The notes: generated by a model not told the origin, from the sequence alone. A stretch of DNA of 60,456 bases from Candidatus Peregrinibacteria bacterium (GCA_016178535.1 JACOTD010000078.1:1-60456); one strand, 5' to 3'; shown: positions 45,712 to 54,718, counted from the first letter of the stretch. Program-made: numbers and translations.

Positions 45712-46831
45712 GCATGCGTTCGAGGATATGTATACCACAGCTCGCGCACGCGCCGCCGAAATTATGCGCCATTCCCCACCTCTCTTCGCGCTCTGTCAAC
45801 TGCTTCGCGAGGTCGTTCAGCTGCTTGATGCCGGTGGCGGCGACGGGGTGTCCGCAGCCTTTGAGTCCACCGCTCGCGTTGATGGCGAAGCGCGTCTTCT
45901 TCCCTTCGTACAAATCCTTGTAGAGCGAAATTCCCTCGCCCGGGTTCGCAAAGCCCAGATCTTCCAGGTTGATGAGAGCGGCGATGGAGAAGCAGTCGTG
46001 GGTCTCGAGGCACGAGAGATCGTCGAGCGTGATGTCGGCTTCTTTCAGCGCTCTCCCACAGGCATCCCTCGACGCCGGGAAGCTCGTGATGGACGGACGC
46101 TTCGTGATGCTGACGGCATCGGAGGCGATGCTCGAGGCGGCGAGACGGAATTCGCTCTCGTGATTGGTCGAGAGGATGCAGGCGGCGCCGCCGTCGCTGA
46201 TGGGGGAGCAATCGAGGAGGCGGAGCGGATCGGCCACGAGCGGGCTTTTGGAAACCGCTTCCGGCGTGATGACGTTTCGAAACTGCGCGAAGAGATTCCC
46301 TTTCGCATTCCTGTGATGTACGGCGGAGACGAGGCTCAGCTCTTCCCGCGTGAGGCCGTGCTCGTGCATGTAGCGCGCGGCGATGAGTCCGAAGATACCG
46401 GGGAACGTGAGGCCCGATGGACGATCTTCTTCGCTGTCCGCTGCAACCATCAGCCCCGCGGCGATGGCATCGACGGAGACGTCGGTCATTTTCTCCGCTC
46501 CGACGACGAGCACCGTCTTCGCTCTGCCGCTCTCGAGGAACGCGCACGCCGTGTGAAGGGCGTACGCCCCCGACCCGCAGGCGGATTCCACCCGGATGGC
46601 GGGCGGGCGGTGAGGGAGCAAGGCCGAAACGAGCGAGCCGAGGTGCGCTTGGCTGCTCGTCACTTCTCCGAGCATATTGCTCACGATGATGGCATCAATC
46701 TCCAGAGCCGTGATGCGCGAGGAATCGATGGCCGCCGTCACGGCTTCCTCAATGAGATCCATCAAACTTTTGTCCCATCGCTCGCCGAAGCGGGTTTGGC
46801 CTTGGCCGATGAGGGAGATGGAAGTGTTCAA
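45704..46831 (-). CDS. Archaeal-type acetyl-CoA C-acetyltransferase (thiolase)
   Basis: 375 aa: VESACGSGAYALHTA (nucleophile Cys), ...ETHDCFSIAAL, GGLKGCGHPVAATG, and NFGGACAS. This is the short thiolase form that pairs with HMG-CoA synthase and DUF35. Confidence 0.88.
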   Translation of the reverse strand: MNTSISLIGQGQTRFGERWDKSLMDLIEEAVTAAIDSSRITALEIDAIIVSNMLGEVTSSQAHLGSLVSALLPHRPPAIRVESACGSGAYALHTACAFLESGRAKTVLVVGAEKMTDVSVDAIAAGLMVAADSEEDRPSGLTFPGIFGLIAARYMHEHGLTREELSLVSAVHHRNAKGNLFAQFRNVITPEAVSKSPLVADPLRLLDCSPISDGGAACILSTNHESEFRLAASSIASDAVSITKRPSITSFPASRDACGRALKEADITLDDLSCLETHDCFSIAALINLEDLGFANPGEGISLYKDLYEGKKTRFAINASGGLKGCGHPVAATGIKQLNDLAKQLTEREERWGMAHNFGGACASCGIHILERMHD

Positions 46832-46872
46832 GGAGGGCAGAAAGGACAGGAAAGTGAGAAAAGGCAGGAAGG

Positions 46873-47898
46873 TCAGTGCGTTCTGGAATGCTCGATGTAC
46901 TGACTGTAATCCACATGCTGTTCTTCGCGCTCGTCTGGCGGAAGTCGCACGCCGTCTCGCAGCATGGTCATGAAGAATGCGTCCGCTCCGGAGCCCGATC
47001 CGTAGGAAACGAGCAGGATCGTCTCATCCTTCTTCGCTTCTTCGAGAACGAACGTCAATCCCAGCGGCGAGCAGGCGCTGTACGTGTTGCCGATGCGCGG
47101 GACGATGAGCCCATGCCGCAGTTGTTCCTTGGTGATGCCGAATTCCTTGGCGATCGCTTGCGGGAACTTGGCATTGGGCATGTGGAGGATGACGTGATCG
47201 ATCTCTCGAAGATCCAGCTTCGCGACTTCCACGATGCCGCGAATCGCTTCTCGAACATGGTGGAAATACCCCGGTTCCCCCGTAAACCGTCCGGCATGGT
47301 GCGGGAACTTCTCGCCGGATGGACGCCAGAAATCCGGCGTGTCGGTGGTGAAGGAAAGCGTTTCTTCGATCCGCGCGATGGCGCTCGCACTCCTCTCGGA
47401 TCCAAGGAGGAGTGCCGCCGCGCCCGCCGACGCCGTGTACTCGAGCGCATCGCCGGGTTTCGCTTGGGCCGTGTCCGATCCGATGGCGAGGCCGTAGTGT
47501 ATCTGACCGCTCCGCACGAACGCATCGACGATCTGCATCGCGGCCGTTCCCGCCTTGCAGGCGAATTCCAAATCCGCGGCGAAGGAGAAGGGATGCAGCT
47601 CGAGGGCGGTTGCGAGCATCGCGCTCGTGGGTTTGACGGCGTAAGGATGGCTCTCGGATCCCACGAACACGGCGGAAACTTCCGAGGACGCGATCCCCGC
47701 CATCGCGATCGCCTGTTTGCTGGCTTCAAAGGCCATGGTGAACGTGTCCTCGTCGGGCGCGGGAACCGTCTTCTCCTCCACTCCGATGCTCGCGGCAATC
47801 CCCCGGCCATCCTGGCCCCAATGCTCGGCGATGGTTGCCGTCGTGATCCGGAACACCGGGAGGTACCTGCCGAAGCTGACGATGGCTGAGTGGGACAT
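46873..47898 (-). CDS. Hydroxymethylglutaryl-CoA synthase (archaeal type)
   Basis: MSHSAIVSFGRYLPVFRI...DEDTFTMAFEA...VGSESHPYAVKPTS...DLEFACKAGT (catalytic Cys)...ILHMPNAKF...GNTYSACSPLGL. The start is taken at the ATG at 47898. Confidence 0.88.
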   Translation of the reverse strand: MSHSAIVSFGRYLPVFRITTATIAEHWGQDGRGIAASIGVEEKTVPAPDEDTFTMAFEASKQAIAMAGIASSEVSAVFVGSESHPYAVKPTSAMLATALELHPFSFAADLEFACKAGTAAMQIVDAFVRSGQIHYGLAIGSDTAQAKPGDALEYTASAGAAALLLGSERSASAIARIEETLSFTTDTPDFWRPSGEKFPHHAGRFTGEPGYFHHVREAIRGIVEVAKLDLREIDHVILHMPNAKFPQAIAKEFGITKEQLRHGLIVPRIGNTYSACSPLGLTFVLEEAKKDETILLVSYGSGSGADAFFMTMLRDGVRLPPDEREEQHVDYSQYIEHSRTH

Positions 47899-48060
47899 CC
47901 GGGGAAGGATAGCAGGAAAATGAAAGATGTCTTCAGGAATATCGCAGCTCGGTGACATCCCACTTGCCCGATGCCGATGACCATGGATACTCCTCAGCCG
48001 ATGCAGCCAGTCCTTCGACAACGGGATTTTGATGGATAGAACGCAGGACCGCCGCCGATC

Positions 48061-49269
48061 TCAACATGATCTGCCAAGCTTCTCATGAGCCTTCGCCAAA
48101 CTATGGCTTGCCAGTGCAGCCAGGAGTGACAATTCCCCCGCGAGCACAGCCGCTCCACAACTCTCCGCAACGTGGCGACAGGGATGTATGGTTCGACAGG
48201 GCTCACCATGACATCCCAAAAGCATGGAGAGACATTGGTTCTGCGCGGGCAGTCCCGTTCCTCCTCCGCGAACTCCGACGAGGATTGCCGGGAGCCGTAC
48301 AGTGATCTTCAATCCGTTCTCAACTTGGGAGACGCTCGTGTCCGCGAGCGATCCTTCCACCACGTGCGCGGCATCTTGTCCGGTTGCCAGGTAAAGCGCA
48401 GCAATCACATTCGCCGCATGAAGATTGCTCCCGATTGCTCCCGCGATCTCGGATCCCAGTTCCAGCTTCGCTCTAGCGACTTCCAGAAGATCGACGCTCG
48501 AGGATTTCAGAATGGATCCAAGAATTTCTTCGGGGATCGTCGCTTCCGCAAAGACCTCGTAGCCCCGACCGCGCTCGTAGGTGCGCAAGCTCGGCTTTTT
48601 ATCGCTCTCCACGTTCGCAGCAACGGTCACGAAGCTGCAGCCGCCAATCGTCTCCGCGATCCACTCGCCCACAGACTGCGCGGCGATCGTGATCATGTTC
48701 ATGCCCATGGCTTCATCGGTATCGGCGGAGACTGTGAGGAAGACGTAGTCATCGCGCTCGTCGATTTCGAAGTTCATGACCTTCAGATGTTTGCTTGTGC
48801 GCTCTGCAATCGCAATCCATTCGGCCGACCTTGTTTTTACACTGTCCACTTTCCCTGCCTGTCCCTGCCTCGCCGGCAGGCGGGCGGCAGGTCCACTTTC
48901 CACTCGCAGCGCAATGGAGCGGCTGATCCCGCGATGTTCGGATGATGTCTTCACTCCACCGGACGCGCTCACCGCCTTGCATCCGCGGTTCACGCTGGCC
49001 ACGAGCGCTCCTTCCGTGGTTGCGAGCGGCAGATGGATATTGTGTTTTTCGTTTGAGCTGAATGTCACGGCCAAAGGTCCCGCATACCCAACGGGAATCG
49101 GCACCGCGCCGAACATCTGTTCGCAGTTCTTCTCGTCTGCAGCTCCGAGATCCTCATCGAGGAAACGCGTCCTGGAAAGATCAATGTCGAGTTCCCGCTC
49201 GATGCGACTGCGCCGCTCATTGCAGCGATCAGTGGGGGAAAGGCCGGGGGGCAGGGAACGAAGATCCAT
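48061..49269 (-). CDS. HMG-CoA reductase (class I-like)
   Basis: CEQMFGAVPIPVGYAGPL...LPLATTEGALVASVNRGCKA...DAMGMNMIT...GSNLHAANVIAALYLATGQDAAHVVEGS...VGVRGGGTGL. It contains an in-frame repeat-derived insert at 48843-48906. Confidence 0.9.
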   Translation of the reverse strand: MDLRSLPPGLSPTDRCNERRSRIERELDIDLSRTRFLDEDLGAADEKNCEQMFGAVPIPVGYAGPLAVTFSSNEKHNIHLPLATTEGALVASVNRGCKAVSASGGVKTSSEHRGISRSIALRVESGPAARLPARQGQAGKVDSVKTRSAEWIAIAERTSKHLKVMNFEIDERDDYVFLTVSADTDEAMGMNMITIAAQSVGEWIAETIGGCSFVTVAANVESDKKPSLRTYERGRGYEVFAEATIPEEILGSILKSSSVDLLEVARAKLELGSEIAGAIGSNLHAANVIAALYLATGQDAAHVVEGSLADTSVSQVENGLKITVRLPAILVGVRGGGTGLPAQNQCLSMLLGCHGEPCRTIHPCRHVAESCGAAVLAGELSLLAALASHSLAKAHEKLGRSC

Positions 49270-49356
49270 GGGAAGAATGACGAGTTACGAATTACGATTG
49301 GAAGATTGGAGCATTGAACATTCATTCGTACATCGCAATTCGTCAATCGTACATGC

Positions 49357-50364
49357 TCAGTTGATCACATGCGCCCCTTTCCCCGTATGCGCGACAAACA
49401 CCGTGCATCCCTGTTGTTCGTGAGCGAAGTGCAGCACGTCTTCCTTGGCTTCCGCCGGGCAGAAGAGGTGGACGGTGGGACCGGCGTCCATCGTGTAGAG
49501 GACGGGCAGGCGCTTCATCCGCCGGTACACCGTGATCTCCTCGAGGATCAGTCGCGTGTCGCGCGTGAGGTACTGGAGCGAGGGCGTACTCGTGCGCATC
49601 ACCTCGTGCATGTCGAGGCAATCCTCCTCCGCCACGCGTTGGAGCTTCTCGAAGTCCCGTGTGCGGATGGCATCGATGCATTCGCGTTGTCTTCTGGGGA
49701 TCTCCTGCACGCGCTTGGGGAAGAGAGGACTCGTGCGCGCCAGTGAATGACCTTCCGTCGATCCGTACTCCTTCTCCTTCCGGCTCGGGACGATGATGAT
49801 GTCGTAGAGGAGCCAATGTTGATCATCCGCGACGGGAACGGCCTTCGCGCTGTCGATGGCGTCGCCCGTGCCCGCCTCGAGCGCAACGTACCCGTCGAAT
49901 GCGCCGCGCGCTGCGGATCCCGATCCGAGTCTTCCGATCACGCTGATCTCCTCCCGCGAGAGTTTCCGCTCCGTTTCGATGAGTCCCGCGTACGCCTGCG
50001 CGAGGCAACTGAAGACGGCTGCGGACGAGGCGATGCCGATGCCCGGAGGGATCGCGGAATGGATGGTGATCGAGACGGATGCGGGGATCGCTTCGGGAGA
50101 ACCCAACTCGGCGAGATACTGTTTCGTGAGTTCCAGATGACGGTTGAATCGCAGCACGTGCTTCATGGTCATCCTCCGCTCTCTGCCATCAGATTCGAAC
50201 GAGTGAATGTCGAGGACATCCGAGTCATCCACGATGATCTCGACGGAAGGCGTATTGAGCGCCATGGAGAGCGAATCCGCGGCGGGCAGACGCAGGCCGT
50301 CGTTGCGGTTGCCCCAGTACTTGATGAGGGCGATGTTCGGGGTGGAGCGGGCAGTGATTGGCAT
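49357..50364 (-). CDS. GHMP-family (di)phosphomevalonate decarboxylase
   Basis: MPITARSTPNIALIKYWGNRNDGLRLPAADSLSMAL...IPPGIGIASSAAVFSCLA...GSGSAARG...TMDAGPTVHLF. The substrate (mevalonate-5-PP versus mevalonate-5-P) cannot be told from sequence by eye. Confidence 0.85.
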   Translation of the reverse strand: MPITARSTPNIALIKYWGNRNDGLRLPAADSLSMALNTPSVEIIVDDSDVLDIHSFESDGRERRMTMKHVLRFNRHLELTKQYLAELGSPEAIPASVSITIHSAIPPGIGIASSAAVFSCLAQAYAGLIETERKLSREEISVIGRLGSGSAARGAFDGYVALEAGTGDAIDSAKAVPVADDQHWLLYDIIIVPSRKEKEYGSTEGHSLARTSPLFPKRVQEIPRRQRECIDAIRTRDFEKLQRVAEEDCLDMHEVMRTSTPSLQYLTRDTRLILEEITVYRRMKRLPVLYTMDAGPTVHLFCPAEAKEDVLHFAHEQQGCTVFVAHTGKGAHVIN

Positions 50365-50372
50365 GCGTGAAC

Positions 50373-50408
50373 GATACAGAAAACACCCGCCTTTGTAGAG
50401 GCGGGCGT
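50373..50408 (-). terminator. Rho-independent-terminator-like hairpin between mvk and the decarboxylase gene
   Basis: Minus strand: ACGCCCGCC-TCTACAAA-GGCGGGTGT followed by TTTCTGT. It lies 16 nt after the mvk stop and just upstream of the next ATG (50364). Confidence 0.45.
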
Positions 50409-50423
50409 CGGCATGCCAGATTT

Positions 50424-51284
50424 TCAATGCACAATACTGAATCCAGAGCGTTCGGAAATGAATCGCAGTGCTTCCGAATCTTTGTGCAGTCCCAAGACGA
50501 CTCCGCTGCAGCCAGTCCGCCCTCCCGCACCAATGACTTTCGCTGCACCTCTCATTTCTTCCATTCCCTCGATGAGTCTTTGCACTCGCTGCGGCACTAC
50601 GCCGAGCGCGACTTGAGCGCGGTGATGGTCGGGAATGACAGAAGCGAGCGGTTCGCCTCCTTCGATTCTCTCCGTGCATCGGCCGATGATTTCAAAGAAC
50701 GGCATCAGCTCTTTTTTCCTCGCTTGCACCCACGCGACGAGTTCGGGAGTCGTTTCTCTTGGCATCCCCGTGTCGATGAGGATCATCTCCTGCTCCAGCG
50801 AAGAGGGGAGTGCGATGTCTTTTGGCTCATGGCCGCGCTGGAATCGCAGCGGACGATTATTCCAGATAACGGCGAAGTCGAGGCCGCTGTTCCCCGGGTT
50901 CACGGCATCCTCGATCTGCTGCGCATGATTTTCACAGCCTTCGCCGAACAAGCATCGTGCGATCGCAATGACGGCGGCAGTCGAAGAGCCCATGCCTTTT
51001 CCGATCGGAATGTCATTTTCGATCGTGATTGTCCCGAACCATTTCCGATCTGCGATTTTCTCAGATTCTCGAACAATGCGGTCGAGATAATTTTGCCACG
51101 CAGGATGCGTCATAGACGGATCGCAGCGGAGTTCCAGTGTTCCCGAGTCCCTCTCTTCGAACGTCACGGTCAATCGCTGCCGCGAAGGCATGGCGATTCC
51201 CGGGAAGCCGGAGACGACCGCATGGTCGCCGCTCAGGATAATCTTGCCGGGGACGGAGACAGTGCGAGATGGCATGGAGATCAT
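50424..51284 (-). CDS. mvk: Mevalonate kinase (GHMP family)
   Basis: VSVPGKIILSGDHAVVSG (motif I) and IPIGKGMGSSTAAVIAIARCL (GHMP motif II). Its position heads the mevalonate operon. Confidence 0.85.
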   Translation of the reverse strand: MISMPSRTVSVPGKIILSGDHAVVSGFPGIAMPSRQRLTVTFEERDSGTLELRCDPSMTHPAWQNYLDRIVRESEKIADRKWFGTITIENDIPIGKGMGSSTAAVIAIARCLFGEGCENHAQQIEDAVNPGNSGLDFAVIWNNRPLRFQRGHEPKDIALPSSLEQEMILIDTGMPRETTPELVAWVQARKKELMPFFEIIGRCTERIEGGEPLASVIPDHHRAQVALGVVPQRVQRLIEGMEEMRGAAKVIGAGGRTGCSGVVLGLHKDSEALRFISERSGFSIVH

Positions 51285-51412
51285 TGAGAAATTTGGATGG
51301 TTGGATGGTCAAATGGTTCGCAGGCGATTCTCGGAGCCTCAGGATATTCTATGAACCATCTCACCATCCGTATCCTGTGAAAATTCTCGCAAGGGAGCCT
51401 ACCATACGGGTG

Positions 51413-52291
51413 ATGAATGCCGACATTCCATCCTTCCGAGAGGCGAGCGGTCGACTGCTTCCCCTGATCGAGAAATCCCTCACCGATGCCGTTGCATTCC
51501 CGGGAATTCCCGAGACGACCTTGATCCGTGCGATGCGTTACGCACTTTTGCTTCCTGGAAAACGTCTGCGTCCGCTCCTGGTCTTGCTCGCGTGCGAAGC
51601 GTGCGGCGGTTTTTCTGCGAAGGCGCTTCCTGCGGCGTGCGCCGTGGAGATGGTCCATGCCTTCTCGCTCATCCACGACGACCTCCCGTGCATGGACGAT
51701 GACGATCTTCGCAGGGGGAAGCCCACGAATCACACCGTCTTCGGCGAGGCGCAGGCACTGCTCGCGGGGGATGCGCTGCTCGCACTCGCGTTCAGAACTC
51801 TCGCGGAACATCTGCCGCAGGGGATTGCGTCTTCGTGTGTTCATGAGCTCGCGCAAGCGTCCCTCGCGATGGCAGGCGGTCAATCGCTCGACATGGAAGG
51901 TTTTGGTGACAATCCTCCTCGAGGCGAGATCGAGGGAATGGAACGGAAGAAGACGGGCGCGCTCATCACGGCGGCGCTCGAGATGGGCGGCATCGTCGCC
52001 GAAGCTTCGCAGGAACATCTCGCGGCATTGCGTGAGTATGGATGGCGTATCGGTCTCGCGTTCCAGATCATGGATGATCTCCTCGATGTTGAAGGGTCGC
52101 AGGAAGACACTGGAAAGCGTGTTGGAAAGGATGCGGAAAAGGGCAAGCGGACGCTTCCGGCAATCATCGGAGTAGAGCGAAGCCGCAAGAGAGCGGAGCA
52201 GTTGATCGAGGAAGCATGTTCAGCATTAGAAATATTCCAAAGCGGATCGACTATGCTTCTATCTCTTGCGAATTTCATTGAGGTTCCTTAA
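51413..52291 (+). CDS. Polyprenyl diphosphate synthase (FPP/GGPP synthase family)
   Basis: LLPGKRLRPLLVLLA...VEMVHAFSLIHDDLPCMDDDDLRRGKPT (first DDxxD) and FQIMDDLLDV (second DDxxD)...GKDAEKGKRT. Confidence 0.92.
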   Translation: MNADIPSFREASGRLLPLIEKSLTDAVAFPGIPETTLIRAMRYALLLPGKRLRPLLVLLACEACGGFSAKALPAACAVEMVHAFSLIHDDLPCMDDDDLRRGKPTNHTVFGEAQALLAGDALLALAFRTLAEHLPQGIASSCVHELAQASLAMAGGQSLDMEGFGDNPPRGEIEGMERKKTGALITAALEMGGIVAEASQEHLAALREYGWRIGLAFQIMDDLLDVEGSQEDTGKRVGKDAEKGKRTLPAIIGVERSRKRAEQLIEEACSALEIFQSGSTMLLSLANFIEVP

Positions 52292-52300
52292 GCTTTTTCT

Positions 52301-52531
52301 ATGGAAGAGAACCTCATCATAACTGTATCTGCCGAGGGAGAATGTCCAGTAGATCGCGCTGAATTTTCTGCAGATCTTCAAGCGACAATTCAACCTATTC
52401 TTCAGCGTTACAATTTGTCACTCAGGGGTTCTGTCCTCGTTGAGGATGATTTGTTGGGAGCGATTGTTGCCTTCAATGACGAGGAGCGCGACGAAGTGTC
52501 ACTTGGTGGTGACATGATTGGATCTGATTGA
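52301..52531 (+). CDS. Small acidic hypothetical protein (76 aa)
   Basis: The ATG at 52301 lies 9 nt after the polyprenyl synthase stop: MEENLIITVSAEGECPVDRAEFSADLQATIQPILQRYNLSLRGSVLVEDDLLGAIVAFNDEERDEV... Codons are A/T3-rich, atypical for the host. No family was recognised. Confidence 0.35.
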   Translation: MEENLIITVSAEGECPVDRAEFSADLQATIQPILQRYNLSLRGSVLVEDDLLGAIVAFNDEERDEVSLGGDMIGSD

Positions 52532-52541
52532 TTGCGAATCA

Positions 52542-53801
52542 TCACGAACCGAATCTCCTCTCTCGCTTCATGAATCCGTCGATCGCATTCTGGAGATCCT
52601 CCGGCGTCAGATCCGGAAAGTACTTCTCCAGGAACAGCCACTCCGCGTACGCGGTCTGCCAGAGGAAGAAGTTCGAGGTGCGCTGCTCGCCGGAGGTGCG
52701 GATCACGAGATCGATGTCCGGGAGCTCGGGATGATCCAGATGTGCGCGGAGATCTTCCTCCGTGACGTCTGCGCCTTTCGGAAGCGTTCTGATCGCGCGG
52801 AGCAGCTCATCCTTTCCGCCGTAATCGAGCGCCAGGTGCAGCGTCATCGCCGGATCCTCTGCGGTCGCTCGATCCAGTTCCTCGAGGGAGGTGAGCAGGG
52901 CGGGAGAGATGCGATCGCTGCGGCCGGAACGGATGAGGTGGATGCGATTCTCGATGAGTTTCTCGCGCTTCGTCTCGACGGATTCCTCCAGCAATTCCAT
53001 CAACTTCTTCACTTCCTTGGGATCGCGCTTCCAGTTCTCCGTCGAGAAGCACCAGAAGGTCAGCACCCCGATGCGGCCGTCGTTGCGACACCACTCGACC
53101 AATGCGTCGAATGTCTCCGCCGATTGCTCATGGCCCTTCCATGGCAGAAAGCTTCGCTCCCGCGCCCAGCGGCGGTTGCCGTCGGGGATGATTGCCAAGT
53201 GCAGACGTGGTGATGGCTTTTGCATGCGATGGCGGAACGTTTCTCGTTGTCTCGTTGTCTCGTTGTCTCGTTCAATTCTTGATTGTTGAAAGATTTGGTG
53301 AAGTCCAAAGTGGAACCACGGTGCGAATTGTTCGGGATTTCTTGTCATCTCTCGTTTGAGATCCATGAGGGCGATCCATCGAACGGCCGACGCTTCTTTC
53401 GGATCGGGCTTCACAGGAATCGTCTCCGGTGTTCGACCGAGGAGAATCGTGACGTGCTCATGTTCGACGCCTCTGTGTTGCGGATCCTCCGCGCGATAGA
53501 TGAACGTGCCTTGAATTTCGAGCGGCACATCGATCCCAAGTTCTTCCTGGAGACGTCTCCTCCCCGCAGTCACTGCATCTTCATGTTTGAACAGATGGCT
53601 GCAGCACGTGTTCGCCCAGATTCCGGGCCACAGCATTTTCTCGCTGCTTCGCTGCTGGATGAGGATGTTCTTGCCATCCTCGCTGAAGAGGTACACGGAA
53701 AACGCGCGGTGGAGCGAACCCTTCCCCGTGTGCGCGGCGATCACGTCTTCGGTGCCGATCGCGGCGCCGGAGGCATCGGTGAGGGTGACGGTGCGGGGCA
53801 T
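52542..53801 (-). CDS. Fusion: type 1 isopentenyl-diphosphate isomerase (Nudix) plus undecaprenyl-diphosphate (cis-prenyl) synthase
   Basis: The N-terminal half is LHRAFSVYLFSEDGKNILIQQRSSEKMLWPGIWANTCCSH...LQEELGI (IDI-1). The C-terminal half is HLAIIPDGNRRWARER...VLTFWCFSTENWKR...DLVIRTSGEQRTSNFFLWQTAYAEW...RRFG (UppS). The start is taken at the ATG at 53801. Confidence 0.88.
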   Translation of the reverse strand: MPRTVTLTDASGAAIGTEDVIAAHTGKGSLHRAFSVYLFSEDGKNILIQQRSSEKMLWPGIWANTCCSHLFKHEDAVTAGRRRLQEELGIDVPLEIQGTFIYRAEDPQHRGVEHEHVTILLGRTPETIPVKPDPKEASAVRWIALMDLKREMTRNPEQFAPWFHFGLHQIFQQSRIERDNETTRQRETFRHRMQKPSPRLHLAIIPDGNRRWARERSFLPWKGHEQSAETFDALVEWCRNDGRIGVLTFWCFSTENWKRDPKEVKKLMELLEESVETKREKLIENRIHLIRSGRSDRISPALLTSLEELDRATAEDPAMTLHLALDYGGKDELLRAIRTLPKGADVTEEDLRAHLDHPELPDIDLVIRTSGEQRTSNFFLWQTAYAEWLFLEKYFPDLTPEDLQNAIDGFMKRERRFGS

Positions 53802-53901
53802 GACTTCAGCATAGGCGAGGGTGCGATAGGATGCGAGACGGTGAATTGACTGCGGTGTTCCTGTTGACGACGAGTTGAGGCTGGCTTCCACCAATGATTG
53901 A

Positions 53902-54420
53902 TTAGCGCCTTCCTTTTGCCTTCCGTGCGCGGCCGCCTTTTTTGACTGCGCGCTTCTTCATGCTCTTCTTCGTCGATCGCGCCGGCTTCTTCATCTTCTT
54001 CGCCGGACGCATGCTTTTTTTCTTCATCGTTTTCTTCGCCATGGCACGCTTTGCCTTGACGGTTTTTTTCTTGGACTTCTTCACTTTCATCGGACGGGAA
54101 GGCTTGGCTTTCATCATCTTCTCGACTGGCTTCTTCGCATTCGCGCGCACCATCGATGTCATCTTCTTCACGGTCTTCTTGGTGATGTTCGTCTCCCGAG
54201 GCGTCTCGATGTGAGGTGCTTCCTGCGGCGGCTCAGGCTCAGGCATGGGAGGTTCTTCCGAAACCTCCGGTAAGGGCATCAAGACCGGCCCCTCCTCGGG
54301 CATGTCCATGGGCTCGGGCTCCGTCACTGTTTCCGTGAACGTCGGTTCGGGGACGGGCTCAGAGCGTTCCCACATGTTCCAGTCATCGGTCCCGGCGGCA
54401 AACTGTTGGCGCATGGTCAT
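53902..54420 (-). CDS. Bipartite low-complexity protein: acidic/Pro-rich N-terminal half and lysine-rich histone-H1-like C-terminal half
   Basis: MTMRQQFAAGTDDWNMWERSEPVPEPTFTETVTEPEPMDMPEEGP...PEPEPPQEAP is followed by KKTVKKMTSMVRANAKKPVEKMMKAKPSRPMKVKKSKKKTVKAKRAMAKK...KGGRARKAKGRR. Confidence 0.55.
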   Translation of the reverse strand: MTMRQQFAAGTDDWNMWERSEPVPEPTFTETVTEPEPMDMPEEGPVLMPLPEVSEEPPMPEPEPPQEAPHIETPRETNITKKTVKKMTSMVRANAKKPVEKMMKAKPSRPMKVKKSKKKTVKAKRAMAKKTMKKKSMRPAKKMKKPARSTKKSMKKRAVKKGGRARKAKGRR

Positions 54421-54718
54421 ACGGAGGGGAGGAAGAGAAGTGCGGCGCACAGGGTAGGACGATCGGGGCATCCCACGCAAGTGGAGACAAGGGGAATCGG
54501 AAAAAAGACCCAAGCACCAAGCCCCAAATCCCGCTTCGACTCTGCTCAGGGCAGGCAAACAATTCATAAAGGTAACAGGTTTGAATTTTCAAGAGTTTCT
54601 TGATAATCGATGAATTGTTTGGTCACCCGTTCCGGGCCTGAGTGCCCGTCATGGCCTCGAACGGCTGGAGCCTCGGTGATTGATGCTTTTCTGCGATCCG
54701 CTCTCCCGGAGGCATCAT

